Shown here in pieces: positions 31,028 to 40,552 of a DNA stretch of 64,000 bases. The stretch spans positions 320,001 through 384,000 of the forward strand of contig CAWJQQ010000009.1 of assembly GCA_963845065.1 (NCBI GenBank), in the 5' to 3' direction. Position 1 is the first letter of the stretch, and the number at the start of each line of letters is the position of its first letter. Below the pieces are notes generated by a model. The model was not told the DNA's origin and searched no databases. It was given only the letters and a program-made list of their open reading frames with translations. The position numbers and the translations under genes are program-made. The stretch is from Nitrospirota bacterium (GTDB lineage: Bacteria; Nitrospirota; UBA9217).

Positions 31028-31963
31028 TTACTGCATGAGTCTCGATACGGGGACGATCTCAATGCCAGCGGCTTTCGTTTCAGCGATCCACTTCCTGAGT
31101 TCCGCGATGGTTACGGGATGGGGGTGGCCAATGCCAATGGCTTTGCCGTTTTTCCGGGCGATCTCGACGAGTTCCTCAAGCTGCTTGCGTATAGAGGCCG
31201 GATTGTCACTGTCGTTGTCCAGGAACACGTCACGCTTCCCGGACTTGAGGCCGAATTCCTTTGCCGTTGCATAGGCCACGCTTTTCGCACTGGTGAAGCT
31301 GTCAAGAAACATCAGATTGCGGGCCTTGAGTTCCGCCATCAGAAACTTCATTGCTTCTTTGTTTTCCGTGAGGGCGGAACCCTCATGGTTGTTGATGCCG
31401 TCTGCGCCAGGGACCGACTCGACGTCGTCGCTCACGGTCGTAAGGAATTCCATAGGTGTCATGTCCGAGCGCAGCATTCCGAGCGCAGGTTTACCATTCT
31501 TGCTTCGGTACTCCATGGGCAAGTGGAGCAGCACCTCATGATCATGTTGTTTTGCCAGTGCGGCAACCTGTTTCGATTGGGGCAGTCCGGGCATAACAGC
31601 AAAGGTTAGTTTAGCGGGCAGCGCCATGATCTCTCGGGCCTGATTGAGGTCCTGTCCCAGATCGTCGATCACGATGGCCACCTGGACGGTTTTTTGCGGT
31701 CGTAAGCCGCCGAGCAACGCCGGCCCTGAAACATGCTTTGGATGTTCAAGACTCATCGAGGGTGCAAGCGATCTCAATGACGGTTTGGTGAGAGGAGGCG
31801 TCTCTTGCCTTACAGCCTGCAGAGGAACAGACGGTGACCGGACTTTGCGCAGTGGTCCCCAGAGTGCGAGTACGATCAAAAAGAGGGAAATAATGATCCC
31901 TGCGAACATCCATCTGTCGAAACTGTTCCCTTTGCCTTTTTTTGCAGGACGTTTCTTTGCCAT
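31028..31963 (-). CDS. Divergent polysaccharide deacetylase family protein
   Basis: N-terminal TM helix, IVIDDLG, LLHLPME, GINNHEGS, FLDS, RDVFLD, AIGIGHP. Confidence 0.92.
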   Translation of the reverse strand: MAKKRPAKKGKGNSFDRWMFAGIIISLFLIVLALWGPLRKVRSPSVPLQAVRQETPPLTKPSLRSLAPSMSLEHPKHVSGPALLGGLRPQKTVQVAIVIDDLGQDLNQAREIMALPAKLTFAVMPGLPQSKQVAALAKQHDHEVLLHLPMEYRSKNGKPALGMLRSDMTPMEFLTTVSDDVESVPGADGINNHEGSALTENKEAMKFLMAELKARNLMFLDSFTSAKSVAYATAKEFGLKSGKRDVFLDNDSDNPASIRKQLEELVEIARKNGKAIGIGHPHPVTIAELRKWIAETKAAGIEIVPVSRLMQ

Positions 31964-32136
31964 AGCAAGCCTTTTATACAATATTATGATAAAAAAAACC
32001 AGCTGTTTTTTGAATAACCTGTAGGATAATAGCGAAGAGTGCGACGGTTTTTTGGCTTGACTTAGGCGGGGGGGTGCTTTTATACTGCTCACACAGGGAC
32101 AGGTGTGGTCATAAGAAGGAGACAGTGAAAAAAATT

Positions 32137-33165
32137 ATGGGATTCGATTACGTCCATCAGATTCCAAAGGCGAAAGAAATCATCGAGAAACTGCCGCTTT
32201 CTGCGGAATTGAAGAAAATTAAAAGGGAGAAAGACAAGGAGATCCTCGCCGTCTTTACAGGTGCCGTGGACAAACTCATTCTTATCATTGGTCCCTGCTC
32301 GGCCCATGACGAGGACGCTGTGTGCGATTACATAGCGAGGCTGGCCAAGGTCCAGGACGAAGTGAAGGATAAGATCATCCTCATCCCGCGGATTTATACG
32401 AACAAACCGCGCACTACCGGAATCGGGTATAAGGGCATGGCCCACCAGCCCAACCTCAAAAAGGAGCCGGACATCGTCGAGGGTATCAAGGCGATCCGGA
32501 CGATGCACATACGGGCGCTCAGGGAGTCCCACCTGCCGGCGGCGGATGAGATGCTCTACCCCAACAACTATGCCTATCTCGAAGACGTTCTTTCCTACGT
32601 TGCCGTGGGTGCACGTTCCGTAGAAAACCAACAGCATCGGCTCACCTGCAGCGGCCTCGACATCCCCGTAGGTATGAAGAATCCGACATCCGGAGACTAT
32701 GACGTCATGTTCAATGCGGTGCACGCGGCCCAGGCGCCGCACGTGTTCAGCTACAACGGTTGGGAGGTGAAAACCTCGGGCAATCCGCTGACCCACTGTG
32801 TCCTCAGGGGCGCTGTAAACCAGTTCGGCCAGAGCATCCCCAACTACCACTACGAGGACCTGATCAGGGTCGCTAAAATTTACAAAGAGCGGGGCTTCGT
32901 CAATCCTGCCATCATCGTGGACACGAATCACGCAAATTCGAACAAACAATATAGAGAACAGCCTCGGATCGCTAAAGAGGTTATGCGGAGCCTCGAGCAT
33001 ACCGAAAGTGTCAGGAAGATGGTGAAGGGCTTCATGATTGAGAGTTTCATAGAGGAAGGCAGCCAGAAGGTTTCGGAAAACGTCTACGGAAAGTCCATAA
33101 CCGATCCGTGTCTTGGCTGGAAGGACAGCGAGCGCCTGATAAGGCGGCTGGCGGAACTTGTGTAG
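32137..33165 (+). CDS. 3-deoxy-7-phosphoheptulonate (DAHP) synthase, class I
   Basis: IIGPCSAH, KPRTTG..KG, VGARSVENQQHR, GMKNPTSG, DTNHANS, GKSITDPCLGW. An alternative GTG start lies at 32125. Confidence 0.95.
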   Translation: MGFDYVHQIPKAKEIIEKLPLSAELKKIKREKDKEILAVFTGAVDKLILIIGPCSAHDEDAVCDYIARLAKVQDEVKDKIILIPRIYTNKPRTTGIGYKGMAHQPNLKKEPDIVEGIKAIRTMHIRALRESHLPAADEMLYPNNYAYLEDVLSYVAVGARSVENQQHRLTCSGLDIPVGMKNPTSGDYDVMFNAVHAAQAPHVFSYNGWEVKTSGNPLTHCVLRGAVNQFGQSIPNYHYEDLIRVAKIYKERGFVNPAIIVDTNHANSNKQYREQPRIAKEVMRSLEHTESVRKMVKGFMIESFIEEGSQKVSENVYGKSITDPCLGWKDSERLIRRLAELV

Positions 33166-33294
33166 AAACTTCTTTTATAACTACTCAAAGACACATAAAA
33201 ACCCTCCTATGAACCGTGATCCCGTTTTAAGCCCGGCATTACTTTATGCCGCAATTTCTCCTACTTCCGGTCTCGCCTCTCTCTGTAATTCCTA

Positions 33295-34497
33295 TCACTT
33301 CGCAATAACCACAATACCTGAAGGGGTCACATGGTAGCGCTTCTTGTCTTTTTTGATGTCATAACCAATTTCGGTCCCGGGAGGGATGACAACATCTTTG
33401 TCGATGATGGCCTTCCTGATGCGGCAGTGCCTGCCGATGTCCACATTCTCCATGAGAATCGACTGGGAGATTTGGCTGTAGCTGTTGACGCGAACATTCG
33501 GAGACAACACAGAGTTCTGCACCCGGCCGCCGCTCAGTATGCAGCCGTGTGACACGATTGAGTCGAGCGCGATGCCAAGCCTCCCGCCCTTCTTTTCCTG
33601 GGCGAACACGAACTTGGCAGGCGGGTTCTGCGCCTGGTAGGTACGAATTGGCCATGCCTTGTCGTAAAGGTTCAAGAGAGGGTCCACGCTCACGAGGTCC
33701 ATACTCGCTTCCCAATAAGCGTCGATGGTTCCCACGTCTCGCCAATACTTTGCTTCTTTCTTATTCTCATCCTTGAAATTATATGCACAGACGCGTGAGC
33801 TCTTCATCATTTGGGGGATGATGTTCTTGCCAAAATCGTGGGCCGTATCCTGAAGTGCGTCTGATTTCAGGTATTCCAACAACGTCTGTGTGTTGAACAG
33901 GTAGATGCCCATCGACGCAAAGACCAGGTTCGGGCGGCCCGGAATGTGTTTCGGATTACGCGGCTTTTCTTCAAAACCGACTACTCGACAGTCATCTTTT
34001 TTAACCTGGAGGACGCCGAAGGCTGCCGCGCTTTTTTTAGGGATCTCAATGGAGGCGACCGTCGCATCTGCGTTATGATCTCTGTGAAAACGGAACATCT
34101 CTTCATAATCCATTTTGTAGATATGATCGCCGGCGAGCACTAAGATATGGTCTGGCGCGTCTTTTTCGATCATATAGATGTTCTGGTAAATCGCATCCGC
34201 TGTTCCCTGATACCACTTGTCGCTGACCCGTTGCTGGGGTGGTACAGAGATGATATATTCGTTCAACTCGCCGGAGAAAAGGTTCCATGCGAGACGCAAG
34301 TGTTTGTCCAGGGACAGGGACTTGTATTGGGGCAATACCGCAATTTTTCGGATGCCTGAATTAATGCAGTTTGAAAGTGTAAAATCGATGATCCGGTAGA
34401 TCCCCCCGAAGGGAACGGCAGGTTTGGCGCGATGGATGGTGAGAGGGTGAAGACGCTCTCCTTTACCACCAGCGAGGATCATAGCTAAAAAGCCCAT
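33295..34497 (-). CDS. glgC: Glucose-1-phosphate adenylyltransferase
   Basis: LAGGKGERL..RAKPAVPFGG, WYQGTADA, GDHIYKMDY, ASMGIY, HDFGK, YWRDVGT. Confidence 0.98.
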   Translation of the reverse strand: MGFLAMILAGGKGERLHPLTIHRAKPAVPFGGIYRIIDFTLSNCINSGIRKIAVLPQYKSLSLDKHLRLAWNLFSGELNEYIISVPPQQRVSDKWYQGTADAIYQNIYMIEKDAPDHILVLAGDHIYKMDYEEMFRFHRDHNADATVASIEIPKKSAAAFGVLQVKKDDCRVVGFEEKPRNPKHIPGRPNLVFASMGIYLFNTQTLLEYLKSDALQDTAHDFGKNIIPQMMKSSRVCAYNFKDENKKEAKYWRDVGTIDAYWEASMDLVSVDPLLNLYDKAWPIRTYQAQNPPAKFVFAQEKKGGRLGIALDSIVSHGCILSGGRVQNSVLSPNVRVNSYSQISQSILMENVDIGRHCRIRKAIIDKDVVIPPGTEIGYDIKKDKKRYHVTPSGIVVIAK

Positions 34498-34872
34498 ATG
34501 TGTTGTCTCCTCTCGCCACTATAACAAATTAATGATAGCAGGACGTCAACAGCCTGTCAAACCAGTGCCAGACTTAGTTACGGTATTCTTTCTTGCAACT
34601 TACGGATGAGCAAAACTATTTTTTTTATTTCAGTATTCATTGTTTGTAAACCGAACTACGCAGTTTTTTATCGGCTCCGAGCCTGCTTTTTAGTGAGAGC
34701 CTTCAAGGTCAACTTCAATTTTCCTGTTAGTTCGGCATCTTAAAGAGCGCAATACGAAGATCTCTTCCTTATCAATCAAATTTGCATCTTTATTGTCTAT
34801 AATGATCTTGTGAAATTTCTGTTGCCATTAGAACAATTGCCGCGATATTTACACTGGGTTTAGACAAATTAC

Positions 34873-34920
34873 CAAATCCTCCGCAGAAAGCCCCTGGTTT
34901 TAACTATGGGGAGTGGTCAG
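34873..34920 (+). mobile_element. 48-bp left-end/right-end chimeric scar of the TTAC-targeting IS605-group element
   Basis: TTAC|CAAATCCTCCGCAGAAAGCCCCTGGTTTTAACTATGGGGAGTGGTCAG. The 5' part matches the LE and the tail AGTGGTCAG matches the RE of the elements at 37774 and 61919. Confidence 0.85.
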
Positions 34921-35270
34921 ATTTTGGATGATGTCATGGTCATTCATATTTTTCTTAAGACCACAGACTTTCTATTTTAAATTAGGTGCTGCTACAGAGA
35001 GGCTCGATTCAGATGCTCCCACCACGAATATTAATTCTCCCAAGCATTTAAAAAGGTAGTTCCCTAGTTATACATGGTTGCATACATTTGCAACTATATC
35101 TCACTTTTTTCTTTTCTTGCATATAAAAAAGTAGTACATTGTTCCGTATTGTAAGGCTATTTGACCTTTCTAAAGTACGTCGTACGGTATATAACGTAAA
35201 TTTAAACCATATTACAAGTCGCGTGCAGCTACATATTCATCCAGACTGCCGCAGAAAGAACGATGCATTT

Positions 35271-36116
35271 ATGCCAAAAATTCTAGAAAAGAGATTACTT
35301 CGGAAACCAGACGTATTTTATTTCAAGGTGGATGCACCGCTCATCTCGAAGAAGGCCCAGCCCGGTCAGTTCGTCATATTGAGGCTCCATTCCAAGGGAG
35401 AGCGCATCCCTATCTCACTCGCGGACATCAATCCCGTGGAGGGTACCATCAGCCTGATCGTCATGGCCGTAGGAAAGACGACGACGGAAATGTCGCTCAT
35501 GAAATCGGGTGACGATATCCTTGATCTTTGCGGCCCCTTGGGAAATGCCACGCACATCGAGCAGGTCGGCAAGGTCATTGTCGTGGGCGGCGGTTTCGGC
35601 GTAGCCCCATTGTATCCTATTGCACGTTCGTTCAAGGCAGCTGGTAACGAGGTCGTCTGCGTCATGGGTGCGCGGTCCAAAGATCTCCTGATTTATGAGA
35701 AGGAAATGGAAGAAGTCTGCAGCCGGGTGGTTGTAACGACCGACGACGGAAGCAAGGGGATGAAGGGTGTCGTGACGGAGGCTCTGCGCCAGGAACTCGA
35801 AAAAGGCGGAACCGGCCTAGTGGTGGTTGTGGGACCGGCTATCATGATGAAGTTTGTATCAGAGACGACGCGTCCCTTCGGCATTAAGACCCTTGTGAGC
35901 CTCAACCCCATCATGGTGGACGGCACGGGAATGTGTGGCGGCTGCCGGGTGATCGTCGGCGGACAAACCCTGTTTGCCTGCACCGATGGCCCCGAATTTG
36001 ACGGGCACCAGGTGGACTGGGATCTCTTGATGACGCGCCAGAAAACCTACAACTCCGAACAGCGTGAATCCTTTGAAGGATGGAAACAGCGGCACGCGGG
36101 TGTGCTCTGCGAATAA
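35271..36116 (+). CDS. nfnA: NADH-dependent reduced ferredoxin:NADP+ oxidoreductase small subunit (NfnA/SudB-like)
   Basis: PGQFVIL..GERIPISLAD, VGGGFG, VGPAIMM, and the [2Fe-2S] motif MVDGTGMCGGCR..CTDGPEF. Confidence 0.88.
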   Translation: MPKILEKRLLRKPDVFYFKVDAPLISKKAQPGQFVILRLHSKGERIPISLADINPVEGTISLIVMAVGKTTTEMSLMKSGDDILDLCGPLGNATHIEQVGKVIVVGGGFGVAPLYPIARSFKAAGNEVVCVMGARSKDLLIYEKEMEEVCSRVVVTTDDGSKGMKGVVTEALRQELEKGGTGLVVVVGPAIMMKFVSETTRPFGIKTLVSLNPIMVDGTGMCGGCRVIVGGQTLFACTDGPEFDGHQVDWDLLMTRQKTYNSEQRESFEGWKQRHAGVLCE

Positions 36117-36254
36117 AGCGACTTTGAGCTGCAGTCGTAACTTGGATGTAACCCGGTGAGTGAAAGCGGCCTTGTCATCATCCTCACCTTTACAATTTTT
36201 CCCCTTCGAGGGGAATAAAAGTGATAAAAAACATTTTATATGAGAGGCAAAATC

Positions 36255-37685
36255 ATGGCTGAAGAAGTGAAAGTACCAAAAAAAATCATTCCAAAGAAAA
36301 CACCGATCCCTGAGCAACCACCCCAGGAACGGCGGTCCAATTTTAAAGAAGTCTCCCTTGGGTATACCCCGGAGCTGGCGATGAAGGAAGCGTCGCGGTG
36401 TCTGGACTGTAAGAAACCGGCTTGTATAGAAGGTTGCCCAGTCAATGTCCAGATCCCGCGGTTCATCAAGGCGATTCGGGAGGGAGACTTCAAGAAAGCC
36501 ATCGGCATCATCAAAGAAGCCAATCTTCTGCCCGCAGTATGCGGCAGGGTCTGTCCCCAGGAGAGCCAGTGCGAGAAAAACTGTGTTCTGGCAAAGAAAT
36601 TCGACCCAGTGGGCATCGGACGACTCGAACGGTTTGCTGCTGACCAGTCCCTTTCGAACGGTGGATCCCAGGCACCCCAGGTCGCTGCGAAGACGGGCAG
36701 GAAGGTGGCAGTCATCGGCAGTGGTCCCTCTGGTCTGACCTGCGCATATGAACTGGCCCGTCAAGGGCACAGCATCGTTATCTACGAGGCACTCCACGAG
36801 CCGGGAGGCGTTCTGGTTTACGGCATACCGGAGTTCCGTTTACCGAAAAAAATCGTCTATAGCGAGATTGACGTACTCAAAAAAATGGGCGTCCAGATTA
36901 TCACCAACGCTGTTGCCGGCAAGCTCTTCACCATCGATGAAATCATGAAAGAATACGATGCCTGCTTCATCGGGAGCGGGGCGGGTCTGCCAAAATTCAT
37001 GAATATTGCCGGCGAGAACCTGAACGGTGTATATTCCGCCAATGAGTTTTTGACCCGAGTCAATCTCATGCGGGCGTACCAGTTCCCTGAATTCGACACA
37101 CCGATCAAGCGAGGCGACCGAGTTGCGGTGTTCGGCGGCGGAAATGTTGCGATGGATGCGGCCCGGACAGCGCTTCGCATTGGTGCCGAGGAGGTAATTC
37201 TTGTCTACCGCCGGTCACTCACCGAACTGCCGGCGCGCAAGGAGGAGGTCCATCACGCCCAGGAGGAAGGAATCCGCTTCGAACTCTGCACAAATCCGGT
37301 GCGCATCCTGGGCGACGAGCAGGGCCAAGTGCGAGCCGTCGAGTGCGTCAGGATGGACCTATGCGAACTCGATGAATCCGGCCGACGTTCCCCGAAGGCC
37401 ATAAAAGGATCGGAGTTCGAGATCCCGGTGAATACCGCCATCGTTGCCCTCGGCACAGGCGCCAATCCCATCATTCCCCAAAGCTCCAAGAACCTGCAGG
37501 TCAATAAGCGGCTCTATATCGTCGCAGATGAAGAGACAGGGCGCACGAGCATCGAGGGTGTGTATGCCGGCGGAGACATCGTCACGGGGTCAGCCACCGT
37601 CATCTCTGCAATGGGCGCAGGAAGAAAAGCCGCAAAGGCAATGAACGAATATCTCAAGCACAAGGAACCAGCAGTGAAGGTATAA
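36255..37685 (+). CDS. nfnB: NfnB/SudA/GltD-like large subunit
   Basis: EASRCLDC..CIEGCPV, CGRVCPQESQCE, GSGPSG, YGIPEFRL, GGGNVAMD, GGDIVTG; paired with nfnA. Confidence 0.88.
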   Translation: MAEEVKVPKKIIPKKTPIPEQPPQERRSNFKEVSLGYTPELAMKEASRCLDCKKPACIEGCPVNVQIPRFIKAIREGDFKKAIGIIKEANLLPAVCGRVCPQESQCEKNCVLAKKFDPVGIGRLERFAADQSLSNGGSQAPQVAAKTGRKVAVIGSGPSGLTCAYELARQGHSIVIYEALHEPGGVLVYGIPEFRLPKKIVYSEIDVLKKMGVQIITNAVAGKLFTIDEIMKEYDACFIGSGAGLPKFMNIAGENLNGVYSANEFLTRVNLMRAYQFPEFDTPIKRGDRVAVFGGGNVAMDAARTALRIGAEEVILVYRRSLTELPARKEEVHHAQEEGIRFELCTNPVRILGDEQGQVRAVECVRMDLCELDESGRRSPKAIKGSEFEIPVNTAIVALGTGANPIIPQSSKNLQVNKRLYIVADEETGRTSIEGVYAGGDIVTGSATVISAMGAGRKAAKAMNEYLKHKEPAVKV

Positions 37686-37729
37686 TTGGGCTGCCATTAG
37701 TTGTGAACCAGCACCCCTGGTTTTTTACG

Positions 37730-37771
37730 ATACCGGGGTCTCTTCCTTGCCCAGAGACCCCGGTATTTTTT
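37730..37771 (+). terminator. Terminator of nfnAB; its U-tract overlaps the IS TTAC target
   Basis: 14-bp stem ATACCGGGGTCTCT/AGAGACCCCGGTAT followed by a T-run. Confidence 0.85.
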
Positions 37772-37845
37772 ACCAAACTATCCGCAGAAAGCCCCTGGTT
37801 TTAACCATGGGGATGAATGCGGGAACTTTGTTTTTCGGCAATTAG

Positions 37846-37874
37846 TAGACAAATGTACATCTATGTGGTATATT
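37846..37874 (+). promoter_or_regulatory. tnpB promoter within the left end (also 61991-62019)
   Basis: TAGACA-17 nt-TATATT with TG extension. The ATG is 10 nt downstream with no SD. Confidence 0.6.
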
Positions 37875-37884
37875 CAAACAACCA

Positions 37885-39420
37885 ATGCCGAATAAACCTA
37901 AAACCCCATCTTGTATCCACGAGTTTCAACTCGTAGCGACTCCAAAGGGCAATCGAATGCTCGATGCCCGGCTCGAAGCTGGCCGTTATCTGTACAATGC
38001 CTGCCTTGGTGAAGCGATGAAGCGTCTTACCGCCATGCGGCGATCAGAAAAATGGCTCGTGGCGATCACGAAGAAGAAAAGCAAGCTTCGCACCAGGATG
38101 TTTAAGACAGCCAGAACCCAGGCTGAATATACTGAATACCACCTTCATAACTACGTCGGTATCCTCCGCAATTCCTGCTGGATCAGTGAGCATATTGACA
38201 GCCTGACCGCCCAGAAGATAGCATCTCGAGCATATAGCGCCGTCGCTGACTACGAGTTTGGGAAGCATGGCAAACCACGTTTCAAGCGCCATGGCTGGAT
38301 GTCGTCCCTTGAAGGTAAAAACAACAAATCCGGTATTCGGTGGTGCGATGACCATGTGGAGTGGACCGGCCTTCGTCTCAACTGTGTCTTCGATAAGAAA
38401 GACAAGTTTGGCGTTCAGACTCATGCACTTAGCCATGATGTCAAGTACGTTCGTCTGGTCAAGAAAACTATCCGCGGCAATCCCCGCTGGTTTGCCCAAC
38501 TTGTGCTTAAAGGCACGGCCAAGATCAAGCGTGAGAACCAGATTGGCACCGAAACTGTCGGCCTTGATATTGGCCCGTCGACAGTTGCCATCGTTGGTGA
38601 TACCGATGCGTTACTACTCGAATTCTGCCCCGAAGTCGAGATACCGTTTAAACGTATCAAGACCGTCCAGCGCACAATGGCCAGAAGCCTTCGTGCTACC
38701 AACCCGGGCAACTACAACGGAGACAAAACCATCAAAACGGGTAAAAAACAGTGGGTCTTTTCTGCTCAATACCGTATTCTTAAAGCTAAGCTCGCCGAAC
38801 TTCAAAGGATCCTTGCTGAAACCAGAAAACGGTCTCATGGCAAGCTCGTGAACAAAGTCCTCACTCTCGGTACCGACATCAAGACCGAGAAACTGTCGTA
38901 CAAAGCATTTCAGAAACTCTATGGTAAAAGTATTTCGCGACGAGCTCCGGGGATGTTTATGTCGGTGCTTCACCACAAAGCCGAAAACGCTGGCGGTAAA
39001 GTAACCGAGTTTTCTACCCGGAGCACAAAGCTTTCCCAGACATGCCATTGCGGAACAGTAGCCAAAAAATCATTGTCCCAAAGATGGCATGCCTGCAACT
39101 GCGGGGTAAGCACCCAGCGTGATCTCTATTCCGCATTCCTTGCAAAGTATGTTTCTAACGATGTCCTCGACACGCGTCAGGCTGCCAAAGCCTGGCCGGG
39201 TGCAAACCTGCTCCTGGAACGGGCGGTGTTGGGGGTGCAGCATGAAGCGGCAAAGGGTCGAATTCATCCAACCAGCTTCGGTATCAAGCACGAGAACACC
39301 ACGAACCGGAGACAGAGCTGCTCGTCCGTTAAAGGCGGATCAACGACAGTCGAGGCCGACAACGTTCGTATTGTTGCCGGAGAGCCTGTCGGTACAGCCG
39401 CTAGAACCCCCTGGCTTTAG
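37885..39420 (+). CDS. tnpB: RNA-guided endonuclease TnpB
   Basis: LYNACL, KPRFK, RuvC-I VGLDIG, RuvC-II KTEKL, Zn finger CHCG..CNCG, RuvC-III QRDLYSA. The stop codon lies inside the RE hairpin. Confidence 0.95.
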   Translation: MPNKPKTPSCIHEFQLVATPKGNRMLDARLEAGRYLYNACLGEAMKRLTAMRRSEKWLVAITKKKSKLRTRMFKTARTQAEYTEYHLHNYVGILRNSCWISEHIDSLTAQKIASRAYSAVADYEFGKHGKPRFKRHGWMSSLEGKNNKSGIRWCDDHVEWTGLRLNCVFDKKDKFGVQTHALSHDVKYVRLVKKTIRGNPRWFAQLVLKGTAKIKRENQIGTETVGLDIGPSTVAIVGDTDALLLEFCPEVEIPFKRIKTVQRTMARSLRATNPGNYNGDKTIKTGKKQWVFSAQYRILKAKLAELQRILAETRKRSHGKLVNKVLTLGTDIKTEKLSYKAFQKLYGKSISRRAPGMFMSVLHHKAENAGGKVTEFSTRSTKLSQTCHCGTVAKKSLSQRWHACNCGVSTQRDLYSAFLAKYVSNDVLDTRQAAKAWPGANLLLERAVLGVQHEAAKGRIHPTSFGIKHENTTNRRQSCSSVKGGSTTVEADNVRIVAGEPVGTAARTPWL

Positions 39421-39457
39421 ACATGGGGAGTGGTCAGCAAGGCGATAGACTGAATCA
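39240..39457 (+). ncRNA. Predicted TnpB omegaRNA/reRNA with flank-derived guide; 5' boundary uncertain
   Basis: Inferred from the established TnpB architecture, where the scaffold overlaps the tnpB 3' end and RE. Guide would begin CAAGGCGATAGACTGAATC at 39438. Confidence 0.55.
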
Positions 39458-39483
39458 GATTAGCTACATGGGAGATAACTAAA

Positions 39484-40158
39484 TTGAAACCCTACCATAT
39501 AGAACATCATGTCAAAAAGCAGGACAGCCGGATTGAACTTGTCCCTTTAAAAACCATATGGGGCGAAGCGAAAGCATGGGAGACACTTTCGAGTCTTAAG
39601 CCCAAAGACGTTAGCGCCGGCGCAAAGACTACCTATGATGCAACAACGGGCACCTATATAATTAAATCGTTTGGCGTTGATTTTGTTGTTTCTCCTGCAG
39701 AGAGAACGATTACAAGCGATAATCCGCAAGCCACTATCTTTCTCGATAGATACAAAGATTTTTTCAGGCTCGCATTGCTCTGGTATATGACCAGTGCAAA
39801 GGATATTCCACCGTCCGGACGACTCACAAGGCCTATTGACGTTAAAGGAGGCCAACGCTTTTTTACGGGGACACATGTCCTGCCTCTGGACCGAATCCAG
39901 GAAAAGTTCGCAAAAGACAAAGCGGGTTTCATCCTGCGAGGATTGAAGTTCGGCGCAGAGATCGTGAGCTTCGGTGACGCCTCGATAAGGCTCTATCCGA
40001 TGCCACGTGTTCCAGTAACTGTGATTCATTGGCTGGAGGACGACGAGTTCCCAGCGCGGACCTCCCTCTTTTTCGATTCCACAGTAGACTATCAGATATC
40101 ACTGTCTGACATCGTCTGGTCAGTCGCAATGATGTCAACGCTCGTTATACTTGATTAA
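39484..40158 (+). CDS. DUF3786-like domain protein
   Basis: LLWYM..A..IPPSGR, GG..FF.G.H.LP, GDAS..LYPMPRVPV...W..DDEFPA...FFD. Start is uncertain. Confidence 0.75.
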   Translation: MKPYHIEHHVKKQDSRIELVPLKTIWGEAKAWETLSSLKPKDVSAGAKTTYDATTGTYIIKSFGVDFVVSPAERTITSDNPQATIFLDRYKDFFRLALLWYMTSAKDIPPSGRLTRPIDVKGGQRFFTGTHVLPLDRIQEKFAKDKAGFILRGLKFGAEIVSFGDASIRLYPMPRVPVTVIHWLEDDEFPARTSLFFDSTVDYQISLSDIVWSVAMMSTLVILD

Positions 40159-40552
40159 ACATAGAATTTTGTTATTTAGCAAGCTACAAGAAAAAATGAA
40201 CTTTGCTTCCCCCTCTTCATGCATATCTGCATCAGTTAAACCAAATTAACTTTTGTCACTGAATAAACCAAAACTAAAGCTCCAATTACAGTTTTTTTTC
40301 AATTCCCGTTTCATCTCCATGGCTGAAATCAGGGGCTTGGCACGGAGTTTACCGCAAAATGCCAAATAATAGCTAAAATTGCGATTTTTATTCTGAAATA
40401 TCAATACAATAGCAGAGGAGGATAATTAAACAGGCGCGAATAAAAAATTGTAACTTCTAGTAGCAATTTTTTTTTAATTTTTGTATAATACCGACTGACT
40501 TAAAAATCCAGGGGGCCCCGCCTCCTTTTCGAAAGGAGTTTTTAAAACGATT

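Larger units (their letters stand above)
37774..39437 (+). mobile_element. IS200/IS605-family tnpB-only (IS1341-type) element, copy 1, 1664 bp
   Basis: Preceded by TTAC. LE: AAAG-CCCCTGGTTTTAACCATGGGG. RE: GAAC-CCCCTGGCTTTAGACATGGGG-AGTGGTCAG. Boundaries are defined by where identity with copy 2 stops. No target duplication and no tnpA. Confidence 0.95.

Noticed and set aside
35077..35094. Palindrome GTTGCA-N6-TGCAAC upstream of nfnA
   Set aside because: A single occurrence that does not match a consensus I can name, such as Rex.
37714..37724. CCCCTGGTTTT, identical to half the IS left-end hairpin, about 50 nt upstream of copy 1
   Set aside because: Only 11 nt with no complementary arm, so it could be chance.
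40338..40354. sigma54-like TGGCACGGAGTTTAC upstream of cooS
   Set aside because: The -12 position is AC rather than the near-invariant GC.
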